From Polyangiaceae bacterium (lineage in GTDB: Bacteria > Myxococcota_A > Polyangia > Polyangiales > Polyangiaceae): 64,000 nt of DNA. The stretch lies in the NCBI GenBank assembly GCA_965222375.1, contig CBDCTZ010000013.1, forward strand, positions 416,001 through 480,000, read 5' to 3'. The notes under the pieces were generated by a model. That model made no database searches. It was not told where the DNA came from and was given only the letters and a program-made list of their open reading frames with translations. The position numbers and the translations under genes are program-made. Of this stretch, positions 1 to 10,007 are shown one piece after another; positions within the stretch are counted from its first letter, which is position 1, and each line of letters opens with the position of its first letter.

Positions 1-1
1 T

Positions 2-139
2 GCCGGGTGCACCACCGAACTAGATGCGCTGGCCGCCTGCATTCTGGCGTCGGGCAGCTACACCTGCGACAGCGGCGGCGATACGGATCTGCAGGGCTGC
101 GACTCCCAGCTCTCGGCATTCTTGAAGTGCGCCCCCTGA
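2..139 (+). CDS. C-terminal end of a Cys-rich protein (partial, runs off window edge)
   Basis: Own translation, frame from base 2: AGCTTELDALAACILASGSYTCDSGGDTDLQGCDSQLSAFLKCAP*; mostly G/C third positions; not in ORF track. Confidence 0.6.
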   Translation, partial: AGCTTELDALAACILASGSYTCDSGGDTDLQGCDSQLSAFLKCAP

Positions 140-205
140 GCCTGAATTTCGACAAGCTCATCGCGGTCACTGAAACCAGCGGGCCTCGCGCAGCGTTTAT
201 CTAGC

Positions 206-640
206 GTGGAAGTTAGTCAACCGCGGCTCGCACTCTACCACTACGACTCTTGTGGCTACTGCCAGATGGTTCGCTCGGACCTAGCCGATTCCGGGCTGGA
301 GGTGGAGCTGCGCAACATTCACAAGGTGTCGGCACATCGGGACGCGCTGATGGAAGCGATGGGTCGCACGACCGTGCCAGTGCTGCGCATCGAGGACGCA
401 GATGGCAGCGTGCGCTGGCTCCCGGAGTCCGCTGATATCGTCCGCTATCTGAGGAGGTTGACGGGGCGACCCGATCCGCCGGTCATATCCGGCGACGGAC
501 TTCTACACGCGTTGCCCTGGCTCTTGCTCGTCATCGGCCTCGTCGCGGGCGACCCCTTCAAGACGCCGATCATCATCGCCGGCGTCGCGCTGATCGCCCT
601 GCGGCTCGTACTACGCCTAAGGCGACGGCTCACCGCTTGA
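206..640 (+). CDS. Glutaredoxin-like protein with C-terminal membrane anchor
   Basis: CGYC dithiol motif, TVPVL cis-Pro motif, ESADIVRYL; two hydrophobic segments and a basic tail at C-terminus. Confidence 0.85.
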   Translation: MEVSQPRLALYHYDSCGYCQMVRSDLADSGLEVELRNIHKVSAHRDALMEAMGRTTVPVLRIEDADGSVRWLPESADIVRYLRRLTGRPDPPVISGDGLLHALPWLLLVIGLVAGDPFKTPIIIAGVALIALRLVLRLRRRLTA

Positions 641-712
641 AGATCGGCAGCTAGTCCCAGTTGACGACTGTCAATCTGGTGCACGCTCCTCACGCCAAGT
701 GCTAGGACCGGC

Positions 713-1754
713 TTGATGATCCATCGGGGTGCATCGATGGCGCTGGTAGTTGTGGCCGCCGTCGCAACTATAGCCTTCGTCTCGGGATGTACCGGCGACG
801 ACAAGGCCGCGCCCCTGTCATCGGGCACCGGTGGAACCGCCGGGGCGAGCGCCACATGCGGCCCGGCTCGCGCGCCCATGAACTTGGAGACGAGCAGCGG
901 CACGCTCTACGGCACCGTGCAGTTGCCCAACGGCTGCGCGCCGTTCCCGGTCGTCCTGATTCATGCAGGCTCGGGGCCAACCGATCGCGATGGCAACTCC
1001 TGGGGTCTCAGCATCAAGAACGACAGCCTGAAACTCCTCGCCGAAGGGCTTGCCGAGCGAGACATCGCCAGCGTCCGCTTCGACAAACGCGGCATCGCGG
1101 CAAGCCAATCCGCCGGTCCGACCCAGGAAACGGACCACCGATTCGAGATGTACGTGGAGGACTTCGCCGCCTGGACCCGAAAGGTGGCAAGCGATCCGCG
1201 CTTCAGCCACGTCACTCTGATTGGGCACAGCGAGGGCGCGCTCATTGGTACGCTCTCCTCGCACACGGACGCCCCGGACGCGTTCGTCTCGCTGGCCGGA
1301 GCCGGCCGCCCAGCAGCCGACGTGCTCCGAGAGCAATTGGGCAAGAACTTGACCGGCGCGCTTCTTACCGAAGCAAACGCTATCCTCGATCAGCTAGAGC
1401 AAGGCAAGACTGTCGATCAGGTGTCGCCAGATCTCCGCAGCACATTTCGCGCGAGCGTTCAGCCGTACCTGCTCTCGTGGTTCAAGTACGATCCGGCGGT
1501 CGAATTCGCCAAACTCGCCATGCCTACAGTGATCGCCCAGGGCAGCACTGACGTTTCAAATCGGCGTGGCGGACGCAAAGCTCCTTTCCGCGAGCAACCC
1601 CAGCGCGACCCTCGCAATCATCGACGGCATGCAGCACGTGCTCAAAGCGGCAACCCTAGATGACGCCTCTCAAAACGCGGCGTATACGGACCCATCCCTG
1701 CCAATCGTACCCGAGCTCTTCGACGCCATCACGCCCGTCGCAAAAGGCCCATGA
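713..1754 (+). pseudogene. Alpha/beta hydrolase lipoprotein, split by a one-base insertion (pseudogene or sequencing error)
   Basis: Lipobox VSGC, HAGSGPTDRDGN, nucleophile GHSEG; removing one T from TTT at 1554-1556 gives QGSTDVQIGVADAK and joins ORF 1566-1754, which carries GMQHVLK (catalytic His). Confidence 0.85.
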
Positions 1755-3781
1755 CAGGATCAAACCCAATGCCCACTTCGTTCGAAAACCCGTTGATTCA
1801 TCAGCCGTCGCGTTCGCTGCCGAAGAGCGTTGCCATCATTGGTGCCGGCACCATCGGCCCGGATATTGGCTACTACCTGAAGAGCGCGCTGCCAGACCTG
1901 AAACTCGTCCTCGTAGATGTTGAACAGAAGGCGCTCGACGGGGCGCTAGAGCGCATCCATGGATACGTCAAAAAGGGCGTCGCCAAGGGCAAGCTCAGCG
2001 AGGCCGTAGCTGCCAAGGTCACGGACCGACTGGTCGCCACGCTGGACTACGCGGAGATTTCCGAGTGCGACTGGGTGATCGAAGCAGCGACCGAAAACCT
2101 GGACCTCAAGCGCAAGATCTTCAAACAGGTCGAAAGCCTGGTTCGACCGGACGCCGTGATCACGTCCAACACGAGTTCTCTACCGGCGTCGCGCATGTTT
2201 TCCCAGCTCGAGCGCAAAGGCAGGGCCACGGTGACTCACTTCTTCGCCCCGGCTTTTCGTAATCCGGCAGTCGAGGTGGTGCGCCACAAGGCGGTCGATC
2301 CAGAAACGGTCGAGTACCTGCGCTGGGTGTTTGCCCACACGGGGAAGGTTCCCCTGGTAACCGACGACGTCGTCTGCTTCATGCTGGACCGAGTCTTCGA
2401 CAATTGGTGCAACGAGGCGGCGTATCTGCTCGACGGCGCAACGGCCTCCGAGATTGATAGTGTGGCGATGGACCTGGTCCAAGCTGGCCCGTTCTTCGTT
2501 CTCAATCTCGCCAACGGCAATCCAATCATCGTCGAGACCAACACGCTCCAGATGAAGGAGGAGGGCGAGCACTACCGGCCAGCTCCCATTTTCAACTCTG
2601 TGGACCGCTGGAAGACCGTCCCCCCAGGCAAGGGAGTGAACGTAGCGCCGGAAAGCCGGCAGCAAATCCATGATCGCCTACTCGGAGTGCTGTTGTCGCA
2701 GTCCTTAGAGATCGTCGATCGCCGGATTGGCGGCGCCGCGGACTTGGATCTCGGCTGTGTCCTCGCCTTGGGATTCAAGCGGGGCCCGATGCACTTGATC
2801 CAGACGCTCGAAGATCAGGAGCTGCGCCGAGTCTTGGCTCGCTTCGGCAAAGAGCGCCCAGGCATGCCCATGCCGAAACAGGATCCGGACGCATACCGGA
2901 AGTTTCGCCGCCACGTCCTGGTCGATGACATTGACGGCGTCAAGACGCTCACTCTGCGCCGGCCCCAAGCCATGAACGCGTTGGACGACGATGTGACCGA
3001 CGAGCTCTTGGCGGTGATCGAAGAGTTCGAAAAGGATGATGACACGATCGGCTTCGCCATCACCGGCTACGGCGGCCGGGCCTTCTGTGCGGGAGCGGAC
3101 ATCGGCAGATTCCCAGAGCTGCTGGGCAAGGCAGAGCCCGCCGCTCAGTTTGCTCGGGATTGTTCACGCTTGTTGCTGCATCTCGATGCGATGGACAAGC
3201 CCGTGGTCGCTGCGCTCAATGGCATGGCGCTTGGGGGTGGCCTCGAACTCGCCTTGCGATGCCATGGTCGCGTCGCGGTGCGAGAAGCGTTCGTGCAGCT
3301 ACCCGAAGTCACGCTGGGGATCGCCCCGGGGATTGGCGCCTTGGTGGTTCCCTACCGCAAGTGGCCCGATGCTGCGCCAATCCTGCATGAGATGCTGCGC
3401 GTCGGACGCAAACTGGGAGCAAAAGAAGCGCACGAGCTTGGCATCATCAACGAGTTCGCGGATGACTATGCCTCCCTGATCCAGTCCGCGGTGGGAAGGG
3501 TGAAGGCCCTCGTGGGCAAAGTGGAAGGCATCCCCGACGGCCCAGTGGCCATCAGCGCCCCGGAGCCGCTCGACGCCGCTGCGGGCAAACGGCCGCTCAG
3601 CAATGAAGTGGTCGGCATCATCAGCCAGGCGATCATGGACGCGGCGGCCGCGCCCACTGCCGCAGACGCACTAGAGATCGGTTACCGCGCCTTTGCAGCG
3701 ACCGCGTGTACGGCCGCTGCCAAAGAAGGCATCAGCGCCTTCCAACAACGCCGAAAGCCCGATTTCGTGAAGACGGGCTAG
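1751..3781 (+). CDS. 3-hydroxyacyl-CoA dehydrogenase / enoyl-CoA hydratase fusion (HAD N-terminal, ECH C-terminal)
   Basis: GAGTIG Rossmann motif, EAATENLDLK, SNTSS, HFFAP; crotonase motifs FCAGADI, GGGLE, PEVTLG; start may be 1769. Confidence 0.92.
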   Translation: MTGSNPMPTSFENPLIHQPSRSLPKSVAIIGAGTIGPDIGYYLKSALPDLKLVLVDVEQKALDGALERIHGYVKKGVAKGKLSEAVAAKVTDRLVATLDYAEISECDWVIEAATENLDLKRKIFKQVESLVRPDAVITSNTSSLPASRMFSQLERKGRATVTHFFAPAFRNPAVEVVRHKAVDPETVEYLRWVFAHTGKVPLVTDDVVCFMLDRVFDNWCNEAAYLLDGATASEIDSVAMDLVQAGPFFVLNLANGNPIIVETNTLQMKEEGEHYRPAPIFNSVDRWKTVPPGKGVNVAPESRQQIHDRLLGVLLSQSLEIVDRRIGGAADLDLGCVLALGFKRGPMHLIQTLEDQELRRVLARFGKERPGMPMPKQDPDAYRKFRRHVLVDDIDGVKTLTLRRPQAMNALDDDVTDELLAVIEEFEKDDDTIGFAITGYGGRAFCAGADIGRFPELLGKAEPAAQFARDCSRLLLHLDAMDKPVVAALNGMALGGGLELALRCHGRVAVREAFVQLPEVTLGIAPGIGALVVPYRKWPDAAPILHEMLRVGRKLGAKEAHELGIINEFADDYASLIQSAVGRVKALVGKVEGIPDGPVAISAPEPLDAAAGKRPLSNEVVGIISQAIMDAAAAPTAADALEIGYRAFAATACTAAAKEGISAFQQRRKPDFVKTG

Positions 3782-3870
3782 CACCCACAACCTCGTCGCG
3801 CCGGCGCTGCACCTGCGCACCATTGCGCCCGAACCGCCGCTACTCTGACTCAACGGCCGCTGGACAACGC

Positions 3871-4473
3871 TCAGCTTCCGCAGGGTTTGTTGAGTTGGGC
3901 CAGGGCGATGTGTTTGGGCCGTTCAGCGCTGGCGGGCCAACTGACAAAGAGGCTGGCAAAGCTGTCTCCGCGGCAGATCCGAACCTTTGGGTACTTGCCC
4001 TTCTTCAGCCGCACGACGAATGAACCGTGCTGTCCCTGGATGAAGGATTCGAAGTAGTCAACGTTCTTTGTGCCAAAGCCGTCCATCTTTTCATAGCCTG
4101 TGACCTTGCCGCGGCAGGTGACCTGAAGCCACTCCCGCAGCACCATCAAGGTGCAGTCCTTGGCTTGGCTTCCCGCGCCTTGGGTGTTGACGGCAATACC
4201 GTCGTCCCATTCGCTACCCTTGGGCGGATCAGACTTGGTTTCCGGGATCGCGGGAACGCCCTTTTCGTTCACGTCGGGCTTGGCCGCGCGCTTGGGCTCG
4301 GGCGTCTCGGGCTCGGGAGCCTCGGGTGCTGGAGTGGCGGACGGCGCTGCCGCGGGGGCCACGCTCGCGCTGCTCGCGGTGGCCTTCTCCGTGTCTCCTT
4401 GCTTGCAGGCCAAGAGAGCCAAAACGAGAGTGCCCAGACAAGTGAATGATTTCCGTGATGAAAGAGTTCCCAT
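3871..4473 (-). CDS. Hypothetical lipoprotein with Pro/Ala-rich linker
   Basis: MGTLSSRK...VLALLAC lipobox, P/A/E-rich linker, Cys-containing C-terminal domain; start moved from 4665 to ATG at 4473. Confidence 0.7.
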   Translation of the reverse strand: MGTLSSRKSFTCLGTLVLALLACKQGDTEKATASSASVAPAAAPSATPAPEAPEPETPEPKRAAKPDVNEKGVPAIPETKSDPPKGSEWDDGIAVNTQGAGSQAKDCTLMVLREWLQVTCRGKVTGYEKMDGFGTKNVDYFESFIQGQHGSFVVRLKKGKYPKVRICRGDSFASLFVSWPASAERPKHIALAQLNKPCGS

Positions 4474-4824
4474 GATGAGTCCTGCTGCAGGTGGCGGAGT
4501 GGGCCGGATGGCAGCGACCCTGACCTTTTGGCGAGCGCGCTTCAAGAGACAAGGACCGCGGCCCAACTGCTTACGATATCGAGACCCATTTCTGCCCGAC
4601 CCATCGCACATGTAATCAAGCGTAATCGCGGACTCGACCATCCCGACTGGGTTGGGCAAGCTCATAACGGAACGTCGTGCTTCCTTCGATGGTGGCTACC
4701 TGGAGTGCTTCAACTCCCAGGGCACGACAACAGTCAGCCATGCTGCTACGGCCCCAGCATCGGTTGGGTGTACGAAGACTTGAGCTGGGAAGTTTGCTCC
4801 TAGGCCGCGAGGTGCCGGCGGCCC

Positions 4825-6072
4825 TCACGGATCCAATGCCGCGAGCTCGCTGGGTGGTTCGCTCTCACCGGAAACGATGTACTCGCGGTCCGTGTCGATG
4901 AAGGTCGAGATGGCGCCGGCCATGGCCTCCGCGATTTGACGCGCTGTCTCCCGTTGCTCGGAGGTCGGTCTGCGAGGCATGCCCGTTTTTGGGTCGAAGG
5001 TGCAGACGAGGTCCTTGCGAACTTCGACCCCCAAAGAGCTGGGTCGGTCCGGGGACCGTCGATAGCGCGTCACGATGTCTGTCTCGTTCACGAAGTTGCG
5101 CACCTTGGCGTAGGCGTCGAGGGCGGGCGCCATGCGTTTTTGCTCGCTGGTGGAGACCTTGCGAAAGCGATGGATGAAGCTCCTGCAGCCCTCGGCCTCC
5201 GCCAGTCGCAAGTTGGTGTCCAGCAGCATCGTCCAGACCAGCTTGTAGGCCGGGTCCTCGCGGGTGCCGGGGTGCTCCGCCTCGAAGGCCCGGCGCAAGT
5301 AGCGGAAGAAGAACCAAACCTGAGCCCTGAGTTCGATGCTGCCGTCGGGCAACAGGTAGGGATGATTGTGAACCACACGAAAGCCGGATCGTTCCAGGTT
5401 CAGACTGATCCGATCCCGAAGAACCCGACTGCAGGTCGATTCAGCCAAATCGTCGGGGTAAAGCGGATCGAAAACCCCGAAGGTCATGCAGGCGTCGCGC
5501 TGGTAGCTCCGGGGCAGGCTGATCAGGCTGACGTGCGCGCGCTTGGTCGCGCTGGCGTGTACTTCGTCGTAGCTATGCAATCCAATGTTGATCAAATTGC
5601 TGTCCAGATGCGCTTCCATCGCACTGGAGATGGCGTCGTAGTAGCCTTCCAGCAGCGATGTTTTCTGCCTGTGGTCGAGGGCTTGAGAATAGAGCTGCCC
5701 GATGGCCAAGCGCTCCAGCGGGTCGATCACACCTTGGGGCGTACTGCCCGGAAAACGGTTGAAGTCGAGCAGCACACGCGCGATTCGGCAGCGTGCGTAG
5801 CCCCCGACGCCAAGAGCTGCTGCCAAGTGAGAGGCGACCAGATTCGAACCCCAGTCCCGGGTCTTTACGTGCTGGCGCGCGAGTACTTCGGGGTCGACGA
5901 GGGGAGTGCCATCCTCGCGAAACCGAAAGTGCCGAGGAATAGCCGCGCCGTCGTGAGGGGTGTAGATCAGCGCGCGGTTCCGAAACTCCTCCGGAAGTAC
6001 GTGGGGCCCCTCCGCGGGCACCTCGCAGTACTCGATCGGAGGATCGCAGGGGCGGTCGAAATCAGGAGACAT
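4825..6072 (-). CDS. N-formylglutamate amidohydrolase family protein
   Basis: TPHDG, DWGS, RVLLDFNR, LHSY, NHPY and VEVRKDL match family motifs; start at 6072 preferred to 6168. Confidence 0.8.
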   Translation of the reverse strand: MSPDFDRPCDPPIEYCEVPAEGPHVLPEEFRNRALIYTPHDGAAIPRHFRFREDGTPLVDPEVLARQHVKTRDWGSNLVASHLAAALGVGGYARCRIARVLLDFNRFPGSTPQGVIDPLERLAIGQLYSQALDHRQKTSLLEGYYDAISSAMEAHLDSNLINIGLHSYDEVHASATKRAHVSLISLPRSYQRDACMTFGVFDPLYPDDLAESTCSRVLRDRISLNLERSGFRVVHNHPYLLPDGSIELRAQVWFFFRYLRRAFEAEHPGTREDPAYKLVWTMLLDTNLRLAEAEGCRSFIHRFRKVSTSEQKRMAPALDAYAKVRNFVNETDIVTRYRRSPDRPSSLGVEVRKDLVCTFDPKTGMPRRPTSEQRETARQIAEAMAGAISTFIDTDREYIVSGESEPPSELAALDP

Positions 6073-6308
6073 TACGAAGCACGAAGTTTTACCGCGAATG
6101 CGCCGGTTAGCTGCATGAAATGGGCGATCTCCGGCAATGCCCCACCCCGCACCTCGCACGCAAGGCAAACCACCCGCGCCAATCGAGGGTCCTGCCAGGG
6201 CTCAGGGTGGCTGGCCTCGGCCGGCTGTACGACGAAAATGAGCTGTGGATCCTGTACGATCCACCGACGGGTTCCGCCAGACACATCGCGAAGGGGGCGG
6301 GAAAACCA

Positions 6309-6959
6309 ATGGACAACCAAAGCCTGGAAGACGCCGCTGCATTCCTTGCCGAACTTGCGGAGGACCTTGGCGGGGACGATGCGGCGGCAAACGCCCGGCA
6401 GAAGCTGCACGAAGTGATGGCTCACTGGCGAGTGCTCGATCAAGTGGACCCCTCGCCTACGTCCCTGGCGATGGCAAGAATTCTCGCGGCAGCGTGCCTC
6501 GCGGAGCGGATGGGTACCGACGAAATGAAGGAGTTCGGTGACTTCGCCGCGAACCTGTTGGTTCGCACTGATGACGTGCTTGTCGTCGACGGTAGGCGGT
6601 ACACGCGGGCTGAATACGCAAGCGCCTTCCATTCATCTGGGCGGGCGACAGCAACGGGAGTGATCGCGGGCGGCGACCTACGATTGACGCCCGAAGCAGA
6701 TCTCGCGTCGCTCGCAGTTGCAGCTGGCGAGTGCATCCAAAACGGAACGAAGGCTGACCAGATGGTCGACACGCTACTCGAATCCCTGCACCTGGAGTTC
6801 CGGTCTCCGCTCCGCGCTTCATTGATTCGGAAGCACGGTTGGTACTTTCATCGCGCAGTCCGCGACTCGCTACGCCCGGTGGTCGAAGAGGCGCTCTCCG
6901 CCGAGGGCTCAGACGCAAGCCTTGTGGCTCGGGAGGTTTATTCGGCACTTCAGGATTGA
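6309..6959 (+). CDS. Hypothetical helical protein
   Basis: Open frame with amphipathic helical composition from ATG 6309; no recognised motif. Confidence 0.55.
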   Translation: MDNQSLEDAAAFLAELAEDLGGDDAAANARQKLHEVMAHWRVLDQVDPSPTSLAMARILAAACLAERMGTDEMKEFGDFAANLLVRTDDVLVVDGRRYTRAEYASAFHSSGRATATGVIAGGDLRLTPEADLASLAVAAGECIQNGTKADQMVDTLLESLHLEFRSPLRASLIRKHGWYFHRAVRDSLRPVVEEALSAEGSDASLVAREVYSALQD

Positions 6960-6994
6960 GCCGCAATCACTACCTCTGCGCAGCGTAATGCCCG

Positions 6995-7336
6995 TCACAC
7001 TCTCGTGAGGTGCCGCTGATAGTAGATCGGCATCACAAACGGGCCACAGCTGAGAAACAGCAATCCCCAAAGCACCTTGCCACCGGCCTCCAGGTACGGG
7101 TTTCGGATGGCATGGACGAGGTACAGCACCGCCAAAACCACCGAAAGGAACATGGTGATCAGGTGCACACCGAAGAGCACCAAAAAACCCATACCCAAAT
7201 CTAGACCGCTCTGGACGGCCGCGAAGACCAGTACGAAAAAGAGGACGTAACCCGCGACCCAATACGTGGCGAACTTGAACCACCCTGCTCTGTAGACACC
7301 ATCCACCAGACGCCTCCCGTGTTCGAGATGAGGCAA
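6995..7336 (-). CDS. Small membrane protein, PLDc_N-like C-terminus
   Basis: Three hydrophobic segments; LVHAIRN...KVLWGLLFLSCGPFVMPIYY pattern. Confidence 0.7.
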   Translation of the reverse strand: MPHLEHGRRLVDGVYRAGWFKFATYWVAGYVLFFVLVFAAVQSGLDLGMGFLVLFGVHLITMFLSVVLAVLYLVHAIRNPYLEAGGKVLWGLLFLSCGPFVMPIYYQRHLTRV

Positions 7337-7534
7337 AAGGCTCGGTCGCCCAGTACGTCACGTCAACCAACCGCAGCATCGCCGAGACTTGCTCCACGAT
7401 GAATCAACTCAGAAGCTCGGAGCATGACGATTCCGCGATCCGGCGCGCGGCGCGCCAGCGAGGGATCGCTCGAGAGTAGGGCCCCTGCTACGGCCATGTC
7501 CGCGACCCCCAAAAACCTCAAAGGACAATCTGGG

Positions 7535-8455
7535 TCAGGGCGCCAGGGCCCACGTCCAGACGGGAACCGTCAGCAGCGAGAGGGGCACACCGAGTCCCAC
7601 CATTAGACTGGCGAGGCGCGGTGCCAAGCCGGATTCGATGGCGAGCAGCGCACCGGTGATCATCGGCGCCATCGCGGCTTCCGCGATCGTGACCTGCGTC
7701 GCGAGACCACTCTGATCTAGGACGCGCAAGAGCAACACCGCCACGACGGCGGGAGTGAGCAATAGCCTCACGCCTAGGCCCGGCAGCAACTTGCCAGCTT
7801 CCGCCGACAACGCGCTCGAATCGAACCGCAGCTGCCAGCCAACACTGATCAACGCAAGAGGCACTACCAGCAAAGCGAGCTTTTCGAGCAACGAGTCGAG
7901 GGCAGCTGGGAAAGCGATTCGATGCAGCGCCAACGCCAGTACAAAGGCAATGAACGGGGGAAAGCTGATCAGCTTTCGGGTCATGGAGGCGACTGAGGGC
8001 TTGCCAGCGCCAGCTCCATAAGCCGCAGTGAGCACCCCGGCCGAAGCGAGGACCAGGAATTGTCCCTGGTCTACCCAAACTGCCATCGACATCCCTTCTT
8101 TGCCGAACAGCGCTTCGACCAGGGGGAAACCGACGAAGGATGTATTGGACAGGCCGGCGGTGAGCAACAGGCAAGCGATGACCTCCCGCGACCAGCCCGC
8201 AGCTCGCCCGAGCGGGACCAGCACCACTACGGCCACCAGCAAGAAGACCCACGGCATCAACAAGGCGATGGCTAGCTGGGCGGGGGCACGCTTGGAGAAA
8301 TCCACGCCGTGGATCGCTGACAGCGTGAGGGCGGGCAAAGCGACGTCGATCACCAGCCGATTCATCACCGTCGGCGTAGCGTCGGGAAATCGTCCCGACC
8401 GACGCGCCACGACGCCGACCACCAGACACACGACGACGAGCAGCAGGTTTTCCAA
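7535..8455 (-). CDS. AEC (auxin efflux carrier) family transporter
   Basis: About 10 TM segments; VALPAL, SNTSFVGFPL, PLALISVG, EAAMAP. Confidence 0.92.
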   Translation of the reverse strand: MENLLLVVVCLVVGVVARRSGRFPDATPTVMNRLVIDVALPALTLSAIHGVDFSKRAPAQLAIALLMPWVFLLVAVVVLVPLGRAAGWSREVIACLLLTAGLSNTSFVGFPLVEALFGKEGMSMAVWVDQGQFLVLASAGVLTAAYGAGAGKPSVASMTRKLISFPPFIAFVLALALHRIAFPAALDSLLEKLALLVVPLALISVGWQLRFDSSALSAEAGKLLPGLGVRLLLTPAVVAVLLLRVLDQSGLATQVTIAEAAMAPMITGALLAIESGLAPRLASLMVGLGVPLSLLTVPVWTWALAP

Positions 8456-8620
8456 GGTGCAGTTCCAGAACTAACTCTAGTACCGCGGACTCAGGGTTGG
8501 GGCTCGAACCAGCCACCCGCCATGCTTTTCGTCAGGTCCCGAGCGGCGTCGCCCCACAACCGCCGGCGACGCCCGAGGAGCCGCGATGATTCTACGCTAT
8601 GATCGGGCGCGAGGTTCACG

Positions 8621-9034
8621 GTGTCGGGCACCCCTGGGCGATTCTCAGTCAAGGTCTACTACGAGGACACCGACAGCCTGTCGGTGGTGTACTACGCAAA
8701 TTACCTCAAGTATCTCGAGCGCGCTCGCAGCGAGTTCTTCGCCGACGTCGGATTTCCCCCTTGGAAGCTGAACGAGGGGGGAATCATCGTGACCGTGTAC
8801 CACGCCGACATCACTTTTCTGTCGCCCGCTCGACTAGGAGACACCTGCGAGGTGGTGACGTCGGTGGCGCAGTACACGAAGCACCGTCTCGTCCTCGATC
8901 AGAGCATCATGCTGGGCAAGACTCGCTCGATCAAAGCCAAGATCACGTTGGTTTTCCTCAACCGCGACCTCGTTCTGGATGAGATCCCGGCGAACATCGC
9001 TGCCTGGCTCAACGAGAACTGGCCGAATACGTAG
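8621..9034 (+). CDS. YbgC/FadM-family acyl-CoA thioesterase (hotdog fold)
   Basis: VYYEDTDSLSVVYYANYLKYLERARSE signature. Confidence 0.9.
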   Translation: MSGTPGRFSVKVYYEDTDSLSVVYYANYLKYLERARSEFFADVGFPPWKLNEGGIIVTVYHADITFLSPARLGDTCEVVTSVAQYTKHRLVLDQSIMLGKTRSIKAKITLVFLNRDLVLDEIPANIAAWLNENWPNT

Positions 9035-9112
9035 GTTCCCACACAACTCGCTGCGATTTGCCACCGAGCGAGCGCCGCACGCGGTGGACGCAAATGTTTT
9101 TGACTTGCGCCA

Positions 9113-9167
9113 TTGACACGCCCACGGTCGTGAGCATTATTTGCACATCCAAACAATTGTGCAAATA
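9113..9167 (+). promoter_or_regulatory. Sigma70-type promoter with inverted-repeat operator upstream of arsM-like/arsR
   Basis: TTGACA at 9113-9118, CATTAT at 9135-9140; perfect 10-bp inverted repeat TATTTGCACA (9138-9147) / TGTGCAAATA (9158-9167) overlapping the -10; locally AT-rich. Confidence 0.75.
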
Positions 9168-9179
9168 TGCAAATAGGGG

Positions 9180-10007
9180 ATGAAAATGACTAACGAAGTG
9201 CAGCGGATTCGGACCCGAGTGGCGCGAGACTACGGCCAAAAGGCGGCGCAGCTCCAAGACGGCCTCAGCGCGGAGTCGCTGGGCAGTGGCAACTACGACG
9301 AAGCAGAGATTGCCAAGGTCGACGACGCCTTTTCCTTTGGCTGTGGCAACCCAGTGGCCTTGGCTCAGGTGTCGGAGGGGCAAACCGTGGTGGACTTGGG
9401 ATGCGGCGCGGGGCTCGACCTCGTTCTGGCTGCGGAGCGAACGGGACCCACGGGGCGGGTCATTGGTGTGGACATGACGGCCGAGATGCTCGAGCGCGCG
9501 CGCCACAACATCGAGCGCTCGGGGCATGAACACATCGAGTTGCGAGAGGGTTTCATCGAAGAGCTACCCGTCGACGACGCTTCAGTGGACTGGGTACTGT
9601 CGAATTGCGTGCTCAATTTGTCGCCGGACAAGCCAAGCACCTTTGCCGAGATCGCGCGGGTTCTCCGACCTGGGGGACAAATGCTGATTTCGGACGTCGT
9701 TGTCGAACGTGTGCCGACGTGGATTCGACGCTTGACGAAACTAGTCGAGCCCAGCGTCGCGGGCGCCATCGGCGAGGAAGACTACGTGGCACTACTCGAG
9801 CAGGCCGGCCTGAGAGACATCAGCATCAAGAACCGCCTCGTGTATGACGCAGCGGCCATCGCGGGGATGATCCGCGACGAACTCGAGAGCCGTGGCCGCC
9901 TGAGTCGTCTCCTCAGCCGTCTGCTGGCGAATCGCGTCGCGCGTTCAGTTGCGGGGCGCGTAGTCAGCATCAAGGTCGCAGCGCGCCGACCGGGGCTCGA
10001 AACATGA
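9180..10007 (+). CDS. arsM: Arsenite methyltransferase-like SAM methyltransferase (atypical Cys set)
   Basis: SFGCGNP, VDLGCGAG, GVDMT, SNCVLNL, coupled to arsR; third conserved Cys appears replaced by Ser (PSVAGA). Confidence 0.8.
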   Translation: MKMTNEVQRIRTRVARDYGQKAAQLQDGLSAESLGSGNYDEAEIAKVDDAFSFGCGNPVALAQVSEGQTVVDLGCGAGLDLVLAAERTGPTGRVIGVDMTAEMLERARHNIERSGHEHIELREGFIEELPVDDASVDWVLSNCVLNLSPDKPSTFAEIARVLRPGGQMLISDVVVERVPTWIRRLTKLVEPSVAGAIGEEDYVALLEQAGLRDISIKNRLVYDAAAIAGMIRDELESRGRLSRLLSRLLANRVARSVAGRVVSIKVAARRPGLET

